Made by a program: the position numbers and the translations under genes
The notes under the pieces: generated by a model
What the model saw: the letters and a program-made list of their open reading frames with translations, nothing else
What the model was told of the DNA's origin: nothing
Databases searched by the model: none
Part shown: positions 8,930 to 20,581 of the stretch, in pieces
Layout: each line of letters starts with the position of its first letter
Numbering within the stretch: the stretch's first letter is position 1
Source of the DNA: an uncultured Planctomycetaceae bacterium
GTDB lineage: Bacteria; Planctomycetota; Planctomycetia; Planctomycetales; Planctomycetaceae
Length of the DNA stretch: 64,000 bases
Assembly (NCBI GenBank): GCA_963813715.1
Contig: CAWFAK010000005.1
Coordinates: 768,001-832,000 of the forward strand
Direction: 5' to 3'

Positions 8930-11649
8930 ATGCCCAAGCTCGCTCTTTGTTTTGCCTGCATTTTTGCCGACGCCGTTATTGGGACTGTGCCGACCGCGTT
9001 GCGCACCGCCGATGCGCCCCAGCCGCTGCCGGGGACGGCTCCGCTGTTGCTCGACCGTCCGCTCGACGTGGTGATGGTCGACGGAATCAACCGATTCGCG
9101 GAACGGGCTCTCGCCGAGTCGGTCGGGCAGCGGGCCCAGTTCTGGCATCGCGATTTTTCCAGCCCGCAGGCTTACGAAAAGAGCATCGCGCCGAATCGCG
9201 AGCGGCTGCGCGAAATCCTGGGCGTCGTGGATGAGCGGGTGAAGCCCGATGCGTTCGAGTTGATCACCACGACGGCCGCTCCCTCCAAGCTGGCAACCGG
9301 CGGCTCGTATTCCGTGCACGCGGTTCGTTGGCGTGTGTTGCCCGGAGTCACGGCGGAAGGCCTGCTGCTAGAGCCGGATGCTCCTCCTGTCGCGCGTGTG
9401 ATCGCCCTGCCCGACGCCGATTGGACGCCTGAGGCATTTGCCGGTTTGTCCGGAGGCGTTGCGATGGTTTCTCAGCTCCCCCGCCGTCTGGCCGAAGGCG
9501 GAGTGGAAGTCGTCGTGCCGACGCTGATCAATCGCGACGATACCTGGTCGGGCAATCCGGCCATTCATTTCACGAATCAGCCTCACCGTGAGTTCATTTA
9601 TCGCATGGCCTTCGAGTTGGGCCGACACATCATTGGCTACGAAGTCCAAAAGGTCCTGGCGGCCGTCGATCTGTTCGAGCAGATGAACAAGTCCGACGGG
9701 CGCAGGCGCAACCTGCCGATCGGCGTCGTCGGGGTCGGCGAGGGGGGGCTGCTCGCGCTGTACTCGGCGGCGCTCGACCCGCGAATCAAATCGACCTGGG
9801 TGAGCGGTTACTTCGGTCCGCGCGAGGCAATCTGGCGGGAGCCGATTTATCGCAACGTCTGGTCACTCTTGACCGAGTTCGGCGACGCGGAGGTCGCCTC
9901 GCTGGTGTTGCCGCGGTCGCTGACGATCGAGGCCGCTTCGATCCCGCAGATTCAAGGACCGCCCCCGCCACATCAGGGCCGCAGCGGCGCCGCCCCGGGA
10001 GAGATTCATACTGTCCCGATCGACGGCGCGAAGCATGAGTTCGCGCGTCTCTCAGAATTGGTGCCGTCAATATCTCGTCGGTCGTTCCTGACGGTCAGCA
10101 TCTGCGGGGGGTTGCCTGGCGATTATCCGGCACTGGCAAGCTTTTTCTTTGGTCTTAAGGTGGAGACTTCCCCGCAGAGCAGCACCGCGCTCCACGACCT
10201 CAGACCCTTGCCCAACGCCAGCGAGCGACAGCACCGGCAATTCGACGAGTTGGTCGATTTCACGCAACGAATCTTGGAAGACAGCGCCCATGTTCGCGAC
10301 CGGCTGTGGGAAGCGGCGGACGTCAAGAGCCTCGGAGTCTGGAACAACGAAGTGGAGCACTCTCGCGACTTCGTTTGGAAGACCCTCATTGGCAAGCTGC
10401 CCGAGCCGGCGATGCCGCCCAATGTGCGGACGCGCAAATCCTCGACGAGCCGGCGTTCACCGGCTACGAGGTGATGATCGACGTTTATCCCGACGTCGTT
10501 GCTGGTGGCATTCTCCTGCTGCCCAAGGGAATGCAGCCGTGGGAAAAGCGGCCCGTGGTCGTTTGCCAGCACGGTCTCGAAGGCGTGCCCATAGATACGA
10601 TCAGCAAGACGTCCGCCGGCTATCCCTATTACAAGGCCTTCACCGCGGAGCTGGCCCGGCGGGGCTTCATCACTTATGCGCCGCAGAACCCGTATCGCGG
10701 CGGCGACCGCTTCCGCGTGATCCAGCGGAAGAGTAACCCACTCGGCCGCTCGCTCTTCAGCTATATCATCCCGCAACACCAGCGAACGGTTGCCTGGCTG
10801 GCCACGCTGCCGAACGTCGACCCCGCGCGGATCGCGTTTTACGGCCTGTCGTACGGCGGCAAAACGGCCGTTCGCGTGCCGACCATGCTGCCGGAGTATT
10901 GCCTGTCGATCTGCTCGGGCGACTTCAACGAGTGGGTCCGCAAAAATGCGACCAACCGTGACAAGTACAGCTACGTCTTCACGCCCGAATACGAAATGTG
11001 CGAGTGGAACATGGGACATGTCGCCAACTACGCCGAGTTGGCCTATCTGATGGCCCCGCGCCCCTTCATGGTCGAACGGGGCCATAGCGACGGCGTTTCC
11101 ACCGACGAGTGGGTCGCCTGGGAATACTCCAAGGTCCGTCGCTTCTATGACCAACTGGGCCTGGGCGACCGCACTGAAATTGAATTCTTCAACGGACCTC
11201 ACACGATCCACGGCCAAGGCACGTTCAAGTTCCTCAGCAAACACCTCAATTGGGCGCTCGTCGAGCCTGCTCCCGACACACCGGAAACAGCGCCCTACAA
11301 CGCGTGCCTCCAGACCTCGGCCAGTCCGCGCGCAGACTGCTCCAGCGAAAATCGACTCACGACCTGCGCTCGCGCGGCGGCACCGAGTTGCTGGCAGCCC
11401 GTGATGTCGTTGGACAGTCGCACGATCTCGTCGGCCAGCTGCTGCGGCTCGTCCGGCGGGACGAGGACGGCCGATTCGCCGTCAACGAGCATTTCTTCCG
11501 TGCCGCCGACTCGCGTGGTGATGATGGGAGCGCCGGCAGCGGCCGCTTCGAGCAACACGCGACCGAACGGCTCCTGCCGCGCGCAATGGACGACGAGGTC
11601 CAGCTGGGGCAGCAGGCGCTCGATGTCAGAGCGGTACCCGAGCCGGTGA
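8930..11649 (+). CDS. Secreted two-domain alpha/beta hydrolase (dienelactone hydrolase / Abhydrolase_7-like); frameshift ~10437; true stop probably near 11260-11300
   Basis: Signal peptide. Domain 1 has GVGEG at the elbow. Domain 2 has CQHGLEG, YGLSYGG, CSGDF, APRPFMVERGHSD, GPHTI. The tail beyond ~11260 is antisense to the glycosyltransferase. Confidence 0.8.
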
Positions 11650-12395
11650 AAGCGGTGCTTGAGCCCGGCCATCGCGAACTCGAAATTGAGGCCCTCGTCG
11701 TAGAGGGCGCTTTCGGTTTTTTCCGAATAGCGTTCACCGATCAGCAGGAAATGGGCCTTGGGCAGTCGCGGTCCGGCGAGAGCGGCTGCCTTGGCAAACA
11801 TGTCCTGGGCCTTGCGCAGGCAGATTTGACCGATGGTCGCCACCAGATACGCGTCCGACGGCAATTGCAGTTCATCTCTGAGCGAGGGATCGGCCGCATT
11901 GTGCACGAAGCGGCTCGCATCCACTCCGGAGTAAACGACCTGCGTGCGGGTCGCGTCGAGGCCCTGCGACTGGTGGAAGTCGCGGACGGCCTTCGAGACG
12001 GCGACGAGCCCGCGATTCCCATTGAGTTGCTCGACGGCCCGTCGCGACAGGCTGATGATGTCCCGCAGGTGGGCAGTCGTTGGCACGCCCAGATTGGGGG
12101 CCAACTGCCCGGTGAGCCGGCCCATCGACAGGCTGTTGCCGTGCACCAGGTCGGGCTTCACGCGGGCCGTCGCGGCGCGGATTTCGTCGAGCAGTGTCGG
12201 CGGGCTGCGGCGTTCGCCGTCGTCGTGGGCAGCAAACGATAGGACCGGAACGCCCAGCGCACTCAGCTCGGCGGACAGTGGTCCCACCGCCGGAGCCAGG
12301 GCCACGAATTCGAGGTCGCTCCCCACAAATTGAGGCAGGACGGCCAGCATCGAGCGCTCGCCGCCATTGAGAGTGCCGAACTCGAAGACCAGCAA
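11295..12395 (-). CDS. GT4 family glycosyltransferase (start uncertain)
   Basis: LNGGERS, HLRD, VYSGVD, GQICLRKAQD, QEPFGRVLLEAAAAG (EX7E). Confidence 0.9.
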   Translation of the reverse strand: MLVFEFGTLNGGERSMLAVLPQFVGSDLEFVALAPAVGPLSAELSALGVPVLSFAAHDDGERRSPPTLLDEIRAATARVKPDLVHGNSLSMGRLTGQLAPNLGVPTTAHLRDIISLSRRAVEQLNGNRGLVAVSKAVRDFHQSQGLDATRTQVVYSGVDASRFVHNAADPSLRDELQLPSDAYLVATIGQICLRKAQDMFAKAAALAGPRLPKAHFLLIGERYSEKTESALYDEGLNFEFAMAGLKHRFHRLGYRSDIERLLPQLDLVVHCARQEPFGRVLLEAAAAGAPIITTRVGGTEEMLVDGESAVLVPPDEPQQLADEIVRLSNDITGCQQLGAAARAQVVSRFSLEQSARGLAEVWRHAL

Positions 12396-12471
12396 GATCC
12401 GCGGGATTTGTTGCTCCTGCGCTCGATGATTCGCGGTGCCAGGTCCGGCGACGCCGCAGACTTGATAATGG

Positions 12472-13269
<798 letters not shown>

Positions 13270-13423
13270 CGCGTAATCCCAGGCACTGGGGCCGGCCGAG
13301 TCGAACGGACGGCCAGGGTGCGCTTACAATATCGATCGTCGAGATCGACGTCCAACGGCCTCCGAGCCCGGCCTCCGGGCTGCCCGCGTGTCCCTGTCGC
13401 TAACGGAAGTTCGCTTCCCTGCA

Positions 13424-13771
13424 ATGGATCAATTTCAGACCGTCGCCAAAGTCGGCGATATTCCGCCCGGTGAAGGACGCGCCTTTCCGGTCGACGGCAC
13501 AGTGGTGGCCGTCTTCAACGTCGACGGCGAATACACGGCCATCAACGACGTCTGCCCGCACATGGGGGCCTCGCTGGCCGAGGGCTATGTCGAGGGGGTA
13601 TCCGTGACCTGTCCTTGGCATGCCTGGCGGTTCTCAGTCAAGGACGGGTCGTGGCTCGACAATCCCCGCTCGAAGATTGGCAATGCGTGCTACGCCGTGC
13701 GCGTGGTGGGTGATGAAATCCGGGTGCAGGTTTCCAATCCGGCCCCGCCGCCGGCCCCTCCCTCGCCGTGA
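13424..13771 (+). CDS. Rieske 2Fe-2S ferredoxin (NirD / dioxygenase ferredoxin-like)
   Basis: CPHMGASL...CPWHAWRF. Confidence 0.9.
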   Translation: MDQFQTVAKVGDIPPGEGRAFPVDGTVVAVFNVDGEYTAINDVCPHMGASLAEGYVEGVSVTCPWHAWRFSVKDGSWLDNPRSKIGNACYAVRVVGDEIRVQVSNPAPPPAPPSP

Positions 13772-13773
13772 CG

Positions 13774-14502
13774 CTAGAGCGTCTCGACGGGTGCCCCGAG
13801 TCCTGCCGACGTCAAACCGGCGATGAAGGCCCGCTTGCCGCCGTGTGACGGATGGCGTACAGCGGCGAAGCCGTTCAGCCCGAGTCGATGGAGAGCCAAT
13901 TCGGCCGTGCGGCCGACGGCGATCACCGAGTGCGGCGCAAGAAGGTCCAGCAACTGTCGCAGGTAGGCCTGTCCCACGACGAGCTCCGCGGCCGTCGGCG
14001 CGCGGTTCACCTGGGTGGCGGCGCGGGGGTGAAACGGAACGGCGTTCCAGAATGCCGGGACATGGTCGCAATTGTGCAAATGCTGCCAGACGATGCCGGC
14101 CGTACTCTCGGCAGTTAAGCCGCCGACTTTCACGGCGGATTGCAGCGATCGCAGAAAGGGATGCAACCCGGCCCTTAAAAGCCGCTCGTCGGTAAAGGGG
14201 ATTCCCGTGCGGGCACAGCCCCGCTCGCCGGGCGCCTCGCCAATGAGCAGGTGACCGGAGTAAGGCCACGCCAGCAGGGCGGCGAGATAGGTTTCGAGAT
14301 TCTGCCGGCGGTGCCACGAGCGGTACGGATTCCGCAGCGTTTGCGTGCTCGGGAATTCCGCCAGCGCGGAGACAAAACGGCGGATCCGGCGCACGTCGAC
14401 TGACCGGGTGGCGGGCTTCGAAGTTAAAATCCGGTCGCGGGTGAGAACGTCCATCACGATTTGCGTGTCACTGTTTCCCGGAATCGCTGGCGTGCCTGAC
14501 AC
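13774..14502 (-). CDS. Uracil-DNA glycosylase superfamily protein
   Basis: LLIGEAPGERGCARTGIPFT, WNAVPFHP, NRAPT, AVGRTA, RHPSHGG. Confidence 0.85.
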   Translation of the reverse strand: MSGTPAIPGNSDTQIVMDVLTRDRILTSKPATRSVDVRRIRRFVSALAEFPSTQTLRNPYRSWHRRQNLETYLAALLAWPYSGHLLIGEAPGERGCARTGIPFTDERLLRAGLHPFLRSLQSAVKVGGLTAESTAGIVWQHLHNCDHVPAFWNAVPFHPRAATQVNRAPTAAELVVGQAYLRQLLDLLAPHSVIAVGRTAELALHRLGLNGFAAVRHPSHGGKRAFIAGLTSAGLGAPVETL

Positions 14503-14617
14503 CGATGCTAGCAGCCCGACGGCGATCTGCTAGAATCCGCGTCCGATTCGGAGCCTGGTCCAACTCCTGGGCGGCCGACGACAGACAACGAACCACGAAC
14601 TGTGATCGTAAACGGCA

Positions 14618-15064
14618 ATGACTTCCGCGGAACCCGACGCGACGATTCGACCGGCCCAGCCGGACGACACTGCGAAGATCGCAGCGTTGATCGCCCCCTT
14701 CGTCGACGCGGGAAGGCTCCTGCCCCGCACCGTCGAAGAGGTCCGGGACCTGGTCGCGACCGGGTTTGTGGCCGTGCGGAACGAGGCGGTGGTGGGCTTT
14801 GCCGCGCTCGAGATCTACTCCAAGAAGCTGGCCGAAATTCGCAGCTTGGCAGTGAGCGAGGACCAGCAGCGACTCGGGCTCGGCTCGCGACTGGTAAAAG
14901 CCTGCGTCGACCTGGCCGCCGCCCGCAATATTCTCGAGGTGATGGTCGTCACCTCGTCGGAGACTTTTTTTCGCGACTGCGGCTTCGACTTCACGCTGCC
15001 CGGCGAGAAAAAGGCCCTCTTCATTCAGCCGTCTACTTCGCAGGCGCGGGCGGACTTGCACTAG
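14618..15064 (+). CDS. GNAT N-acetyltransferase, short ArgA-like (amino-acid N-acetyltransferase)
   Basis: LLPRT, ALEIYSKKLAEIRSLAV, QRLGLG. Extended -10-like TGCTAGAAT at ~14528-14536. Confidence 0.8.
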   Translation: MTSAEPDATIRPAQPDDTAKIAALIAPFVDAGRLLPRTVEEVRDLVATGFVAVRNEAVVGFAALEIYSKKLAEIRSLAVSEDQQRLGLGSRLVKACVDLAAARNILEVMVVTSSETFFRDCGFDFTLPGEKKALFIQPSTSQARADLH

Positions 15065-15828
15065 GCTTGGCATCGGCGGGCTTCTTCGCTTCGTCGGCCT
15101 TTTTGGCGTCCTCCGGCCGCTTCGCCTCGTCCGGCTTTTTGGCCTCCGGCGGCTTGCCCGGGAGCAGCGTGGCCGTCTTGATCGAGTCGAGGCGGGGGAA
15201 CGCCGCGTTCAGATACGCGTCCCCTTCCTTTTGGATGCGGTCCTGGCTGTTACTCGGCTCTTCGCCGTAGACGGAATAAAGCGAGTCAATCGCATCCATT
15301 CCCGACAAGACAACGCCGAAGGGCGTGAAGCCCTGCGGGTCCAGATTCTGGTTGTCGACGCAGTTGATGAAGACTTGCGTCGTGCGGGAGTTGGGCATCC
15401 CGGTCTTGGCGAACGTCACGTAGCCCCGCGTGTTCGACTTGCGATCCGGATCGCGGCGGTTGAACGTGTCGTCGGGGATGGTGTTTTCACGCCACTTGGC
15501 GCTCTCGTGCCGGATCGCCGTTGAGGCCGAATTGCACCACGAAACCGACCACGCGGAAGAACTTGTTCCGATCGTAGAACCCCCGTTTGACCAAATCGTA
15601 AAAACGGTCGGCCCCGTAGGGGGACCAGGAGCGGTGCACTTCGATGATCACGGGGCCCTTGGTCGTGTCGAGCTTCACCCAGTATTCCGGCGGACACTTG
15701 TCGGGGAGGGAGCCGCTCGTCGTGTCGGCCGACGGAATCGCCGGATCGTGCATCTTGTCGCTGCTCTCGCAGCCAATCATCAGGCTCACGACGGCAACGA
15801 GAGACACCCACTTCGAGACTCGCGACAC
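15033..15828 (-). CDS. Cyclophilin-type peptidyl-prolyl isomerase, lipoprotein; frameshift ~15510
   Basis: Lipobox LMIGC; WSPYGADRFYDLV, FFRVVGFVVQFG, SNTRGYVTFA, RTTQVFIN, GFTPFG, YLNAAFPRLDSI. C-terminal EAKK-type repeats. Confidence 0.88.
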
Positions 15829-16113
15829 TTTCGTTCCTCCACCAACACGGCCGATGAATCAAGCGCGGTAAGCTGGAACGAGACTGCGAAATCCGATCAA
15901 AGACGCGGTGATCGCAGACTCGCGGCCAGACGCCGCCCTGATTCGTTTATAGAATTCCCCAATCGCGCTCGCCAGTGAATTGGCGTCTGGACGGCCGGCC
16001 GCAGCGGGGTCTTTCCGCGGCCGAACGGACAGCGACCGGCCGTGTGCGGTTGCTTGGGGCGGGAAACGCTCTTGGTTTTTTGGCCGGCTGCTACAATACG
16101 GCCGGAGGCAAGG

Positions 16114-16428
16114 ATGGCGGTTTACTTCGTCTACATGACGACTCGGGACGAGGCGGAGGCTTTGGTTATCGGCCGCACACTGGTCGAGGAGCGGCTGGCC
16201 GCCTGCATCAACGTTCTGCCCGCCATGAAGTCGGTTTACTGGTGGGAGGGGGAGCTGGAACAGTCGTCCGAGGCGGTGCTGATCGCCAAAACCCAGCAAG
16301 GCCTCGTCCCCCAATTGATCGAACGCGTGAAGCGGCTGCACGGCTACACCTGCCCGTGCATCGTGGCCTGGCCTGTCGAGACCGGCCATCAGCCCTACCT
16401 CGATTGGATCGCGAAGGAAACTCGCTGA
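16114..16428 (+). CDS. cutA: Divalent-cation tolerance protein CutA
   Basis: LVEERLAACIN, SVYWWEG, LHGYTCPCI. GGAGG RBS; TGCTACAAT upstream. Confidence 0.92.
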   Translation: MAVYFVYMTTRDEAEALVIGRTLVEERLAACINVLPAMKSVYWWEGELEQSSEAVLIAKTQQGLVPQLIERVKRLHGYTCPCIVAWPVETGHQPYLDWIAKETR

Positions 16429-16430
16429 CG

Positions 16431-16856
16431 ATGGTGCCGATCTTCGCCCACAAGCATGTCGTGCTCCCGGAAGAGATCGATACGCTGGGGCACGTCAACA
16501 ACTTGAACTATCTCAAGTGGATGATCGCCGCGGCTGTCGGGCATTCGACGGCCAACGGCTGGCCGCCGGAACGCTATCGCGAGGTTCAATCGGCCTTCAT
16601 CGTGCGGTCGCACCACATCGATTACCTGCAGCCGGCCTTCGTGGACGAAGAGGTGGTGGTTCAGACGTGGGTCGCCAGCTTCAACAAAGTCACGTGCGTC
16701 CGCAGATACAAAGCCACGCGGCCGAAAGACGGCGTCGTGCTGGCGACGGGCGAAACGGGCTGGGCCTTTCTCGGGCTCAATCCCTATCAGCCGCGGCGGA
16801 TTCCACCCGAGCTGCTCTCGGCGTTCGTGCTCGTTCCCCCGACGGAGGAACCGTGA
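16431..16856 (+). CDS. Acyl-CoA thioesterase (4HBT / hotdog fold)
   Basis: EIDTLGHVNNLNYLKW, HHIDYLQPAF. Confidence 0.88.
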   Translation: MVPIFAHKHVVLPEEIDTLGHVNNLNYLKWMIAAAVGHSTANGWPPERYREVQSAFIVRSHHIDYLQPAFVDEEVVVQTWVASFNKVTCVRRYKATRPKDGVVLATGETGWAFLGLNPYQPRRIPPELLSAFVLVPPTEEP

Positions 16857-17540
16857 ATGTGCGGACGATTCACGCTGCGGACGCCGGCGGCCGACCTGGT
16901 CGAGATCTTTGAGGTCATCCGCAGCTTCGAGCTGACGCCCCGCTACAACATCGCTCCCACACAGGACGTGCTGGCGATTCGCGAAACCGAGGGCCGGCGC
17001 GAAATGGTCGAAATGCGTTGGGGACTGTTGCTCTCGTCGTCGGAGGCCAAGAGCGGTCCGCCGATGATCAACGCTCGCTCGGAGACGGCCGCTACCCGGC
17101 CCGCTTTTCGTCATGCGTTTCGGTCGCGCCGCTGCCTGATCCCTGCGGACGGCTTTTACGAGTGGCAGCCGACCGACGAGGGGGGCAAGCAGCCCTTCCT
17201 GATCACGCTGCGGGACGAACGGCCCTTCGCCTTCGCCGGGCTGTGGGAGCGTTGCCGCGGACCGGACGACGCGACGATCGAATCGTGCACGATTCTGACA
17301 ACGGAGGCGAACGACCGGCTGCGGGAACTGCACGACCGCATGCCCGTGATCCTGCCCCGGGACCACTATGGTCCGTGGCTCGATCCGCACATCGAGGACG
17401 TGCGGGCTTTGCAGACCCTGCTGACGTCCTACCCCAGCGCCGAGATGAAATTTCGCCCGGTCAGCCGACGGGTGAACAGTGCCCGCAACGACGACGCGGC
17501 GTGCATCCAGCCGGCCGAAAGCCCGAAGACCCTGTTCTGA
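16857..17540 (+). CDS. SOS response-associated peptidase (SRAP, YedK/HMCES family)
   Basis: N-terminal MCGRF, RYNIAPTQ, INARSET, RRCLIPADGFYEW, HDRMPVIL. Confidence 0.95.
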   Translation: MCGRFTLRTPAADLVEIFEVIRSFELTPRYNIAPTQDVLAIRETEGRREMVEMRWGLLLSSSEAKSGPPMINARSETAATRPAFRHAFRSRRCLIPADGFYEWQPTDEGGKQPFLITLRDERPFAFAGLWERCRGPDDATIESCTILTTEANDRLRELHDRMPVILPRDHYGPWLDPHIEDVRALQTLLTSYPSAEMKFRPVSRRVNSARNDDAACIQPAESPKTLF

Positions 17541-17573
17541 ACAGCGCCGGGGGCAGCCGCCTCGGAGTGCGGC

Positions 17574-17873
17574 CTAAGCGAACTCCAGCGGATTTCGGCT
17601 CGGTCCGAGGTTCAGCTCAGGAGGGACGGGCAGCGTCGGGACCAGCGGCACGTAACGGGCGGCCGCCGGGGCGGGTTCCATATCGGCCAGCTCGACGTCG
17701 CGGCAGCGCATCTCGGCCAGCACAACCGGATGCCACGAGGCGGGTCGCCGGTCGGGAGAGACGTAGTTCAAGCGGGCCCAGCGGCGGAGGCGCAGCTCCG
17801 AGGCTAAATCGAGTCGCGAGACTTCCACGGTTGCTCCTTTCCAGCAAGAACTGAACAGCCGCACGCTGCTCAT
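17574..17873 (-). CDS. Small hypothetical protein
   Basis: ELRLRRWARLNYV...SWHPVVLAEM. Resembles, from recollection only, small conserved planctomycete proteins; start uncertain. Confidence 0.55.
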   Translation of the reverse strand: MSSVRLFSSCWKGATVEVSRLDLASELRLRRWARLNYVSPDRRPASWHPVVLAEMRCRDVELADMEPAPAAARYVPLVPTLPVPPELNLGPSRNPLEFA

Positions 17874-18098
17874 CTTCCATCGGCGTTTTTTGCAGGTTGG
17901 CGACAGGCCGACCGTTTGTCGCGGGCCGTTGCGTACCACCCCTGCGGTCCCCGTGCCTGCCATACGTGTGTTGCCGAATTGACGCCCATACTGGGCTGGG
18001 CCTCATCGGTCGAGTAGGATGAATGTGCCTCTTGTGAGGCGCCATCCCCCGCCAGGCCTCCCCCCGAATCCCTCGAACGAGCGCTCGTTCGCACCGCC

Positions 18099-20540
18099 AT
18101 GAACTCACGATTCCTCCGACCGGCCATTCTGCTGCGCGGCTCGTGCGCGATTGCCGCCCTGGGTCCCGGCGCAGTCTGGGCGGGTGCGCCGCCGGCTCAG
18201 GCCAGCGTGCCCGCCGTGATCGAATTCAACCGGGACGTTCGGCCCATCCTGTCGGACCGGTGTTACGCCTGCCACGGCCCCGACAAGAACAAGCGTAAAG
18301 CCGACCTGCGGCTCGACACCCGCGACGGCCTGCTTGGCACAACCGGCAAACCCGGCGTCGTTGTGGCCCGGCAAGCCCGACGAGAGCGAGCTCTGGCGGC
18401 GGATCAGCTCCAACTCGGCCGACGAACGCATGCCGCCCCCTGCCTTCGCCAAGGGGCTCTCCGACGTCGATCGGCAGGTGCTTCGGCGCTGGATTGCGCA
18501 GGGTGCGAAATGGGAGGGGCACTGGGCCTTTTTGCCGATCGGCCGCCCGCAGCCGCCGGCCGTCGATCCGAGCCTCAAGCCCAAAAACCCGATCGACCAG
18601 TTCATCCTGCAGGCGCTCGGCGAACATCATCTCACCCCCTCGCCGCAGGCCGACCCGATCACGCTGATGCGACGGCTGCGATTCGACCTCACCGGTTTGC
18701 CGCCGTCGGTTGCCGAGGTGGATGCGTTCGCGGCCGACCCGAGCGATCAGGCGTACGAACGGGTTGTCGATCGCCTGCTGGCTTCGCCCGAGTTCGGCGA
18801 GCGGATGTCGATGTGGTGGCTCGACCTGGTTCGTTATGCCGACAGCGTGGGCTATCACGGCGATCAGCCGATGAGCGTCTATCCATTCCGCGATTACGTG
18901 ATCAAGTCGTTCAACGAGAACAAGCCGTTCGACCGCTTCACCATCGAGCAACTGGCCGGCGACCTGCTCCCCGCGCCGACGGTCGAAGACAAGGTGGCCT
19001 CGGGCTACAACCGCCTGGGCATGATGAGCGCCGAAGGGGGGGTGCAGCCCAAGGAGTATCTCTCCAAGTACATCGCCGAGCGGGTCCGCAACGTCAGCGG
19101 TGCGTGGCTCGGCGTGACCTTCGGCTGTTGCGAGTGTCACAATCACAAGTACGACCCCTTCACGCAGCGCGACTTCTATTCGCTGGAGGCGTTTTTCGCC
19201 GACATCGAAGAGCGCGGACTCTATTCGGGGGCCGACCACGACGGAAGCTGGGGTCCGCGCATCAAGTTGCCGACGCCAGCCCAAGAGCGCGAGCGACAAC
19301 GCCTGGCGCGCGAGATCGCGGCCCAACGGAAGATCGTCGAAACTCCACCTGCCGGCGATGCGGCCCAGCAGGCCAAGCAAGAAGCCGCGGTCGCGGAGGC
19401 GCGGAACAAACTGGCGGCACTCGAGGCCGAGTCGAAGCAGCTCGAGTCGCACATTCCCAGCACGCTGATGACGGTTTCGGTTACACCGCGTACGATTCGC
19501 GTGCTGGGCCGCGGCAATTGGATGGATGAAACGGGGGCCGTCGTTCAACCGGCGTTTCCGGGAGTCCTCGCACATCCCAAGCCGCGCGAAGAGCGCCTGA
19601 CGCGGTTGGATTTGGCCCGCTGGTTGACTTCGCAGGAAAACCCGCTCACCGCGAGAGTCTTCGTCAATCGCATGTGGAAGTTGTTTCTCGGCGCCGGTCT
19701 GTCGCGCAAGCTCGACGACCAGGGATCGCAGGGCGATTGGCCCAGCCATCCTCACCTGCTCGACTGGCTGGCCGGCCAGTTCGTGGATTCGGGCTGGGAC
19801 GTCAAACACACGATCAAGCTGATTGTGATGTCGGGGACCTACCGGCAATCGTCCGCCCAGCGTGCCGACCTCGCCGAGATCGATCCCGACAACCGTTGGC
19901 TCGCCCGGCAGGGACGTTTTCGTCTCGATGCCGAAATGGTTCGCGACAGCGCGCTCAAACTGGCCGGCTTGCTGTCGGAGAAGGTCGGCGGACCCAGCGT
20001 GAAGCCGTACCAGCCGCGGGGCTACTGGGCTTATCTCAACTTTCCGCCGCGCGAGTGGCAGAACGGCACGGGGAACGAACTGTATCGTCGCTCGCTTTAC
20101 ACGCATTGGCAGCGGCAATACCTGCATCCGGCCATGCTCGCCTTCGACGCCCCCGGCCGCGAAGAGTGCACGGCCGATCGCCGCGCTCGAACACGCCGTT
20201 GCAGTCACTCGTGCTGATGAACGATCCGGAATTCGTCGAGGCGGCCCGCACCTTTGCGGAACTCTCGCTTATCAAAGGTGGAAAGACGACCGACGAACGT
20301 TTGAATTGGGCCTTCCGCCGCGCCGTCTCGCGGTGGCCGGCTGACGCCGAGCGGGCCGTGCTCGCCCGGCTGCTGGACGCGCACGCGGCCGAATATGCAA
20401 AGGACAAAGAGGCCGCGGACCGCCTGCTGGCGATCGGCGCACATCCCGTCGCGTCGGGCGTCGACCGCAGCGCCCTGGCTGCCTGGACCAGCGTCTGCCG
20501 CACCCTGCTCAACCTGCACGAGGCGATTACCCGGAATTAA
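18099..20540 (+). CDS. Planctomycete cytochrome c (PSCyt1) - DUF1549 - DUF1553 (PSD1) protein; frameshifts ~18370 and ~20185
   Basis: [108 protein letters not shown]. Confidence 0.92.
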
Positions 20541-20581
20541 AGGGACCGGGCCAAATCGGCCCGAGCCCGGGACACTGCCCG

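Noticed and set aside
10070..10110. Tat-like motif ISRRSFL
   Set aside because: It is internal to the hydrolase reading frame, with no start codon or RBS.
11295..11649. 355-bp antisense overlap of the hydrolase and the glycosyltransferase
   Set aside because: Hydrolase-like sequence ends near 11260; the extension is probably read-through from an indel-lost stop.
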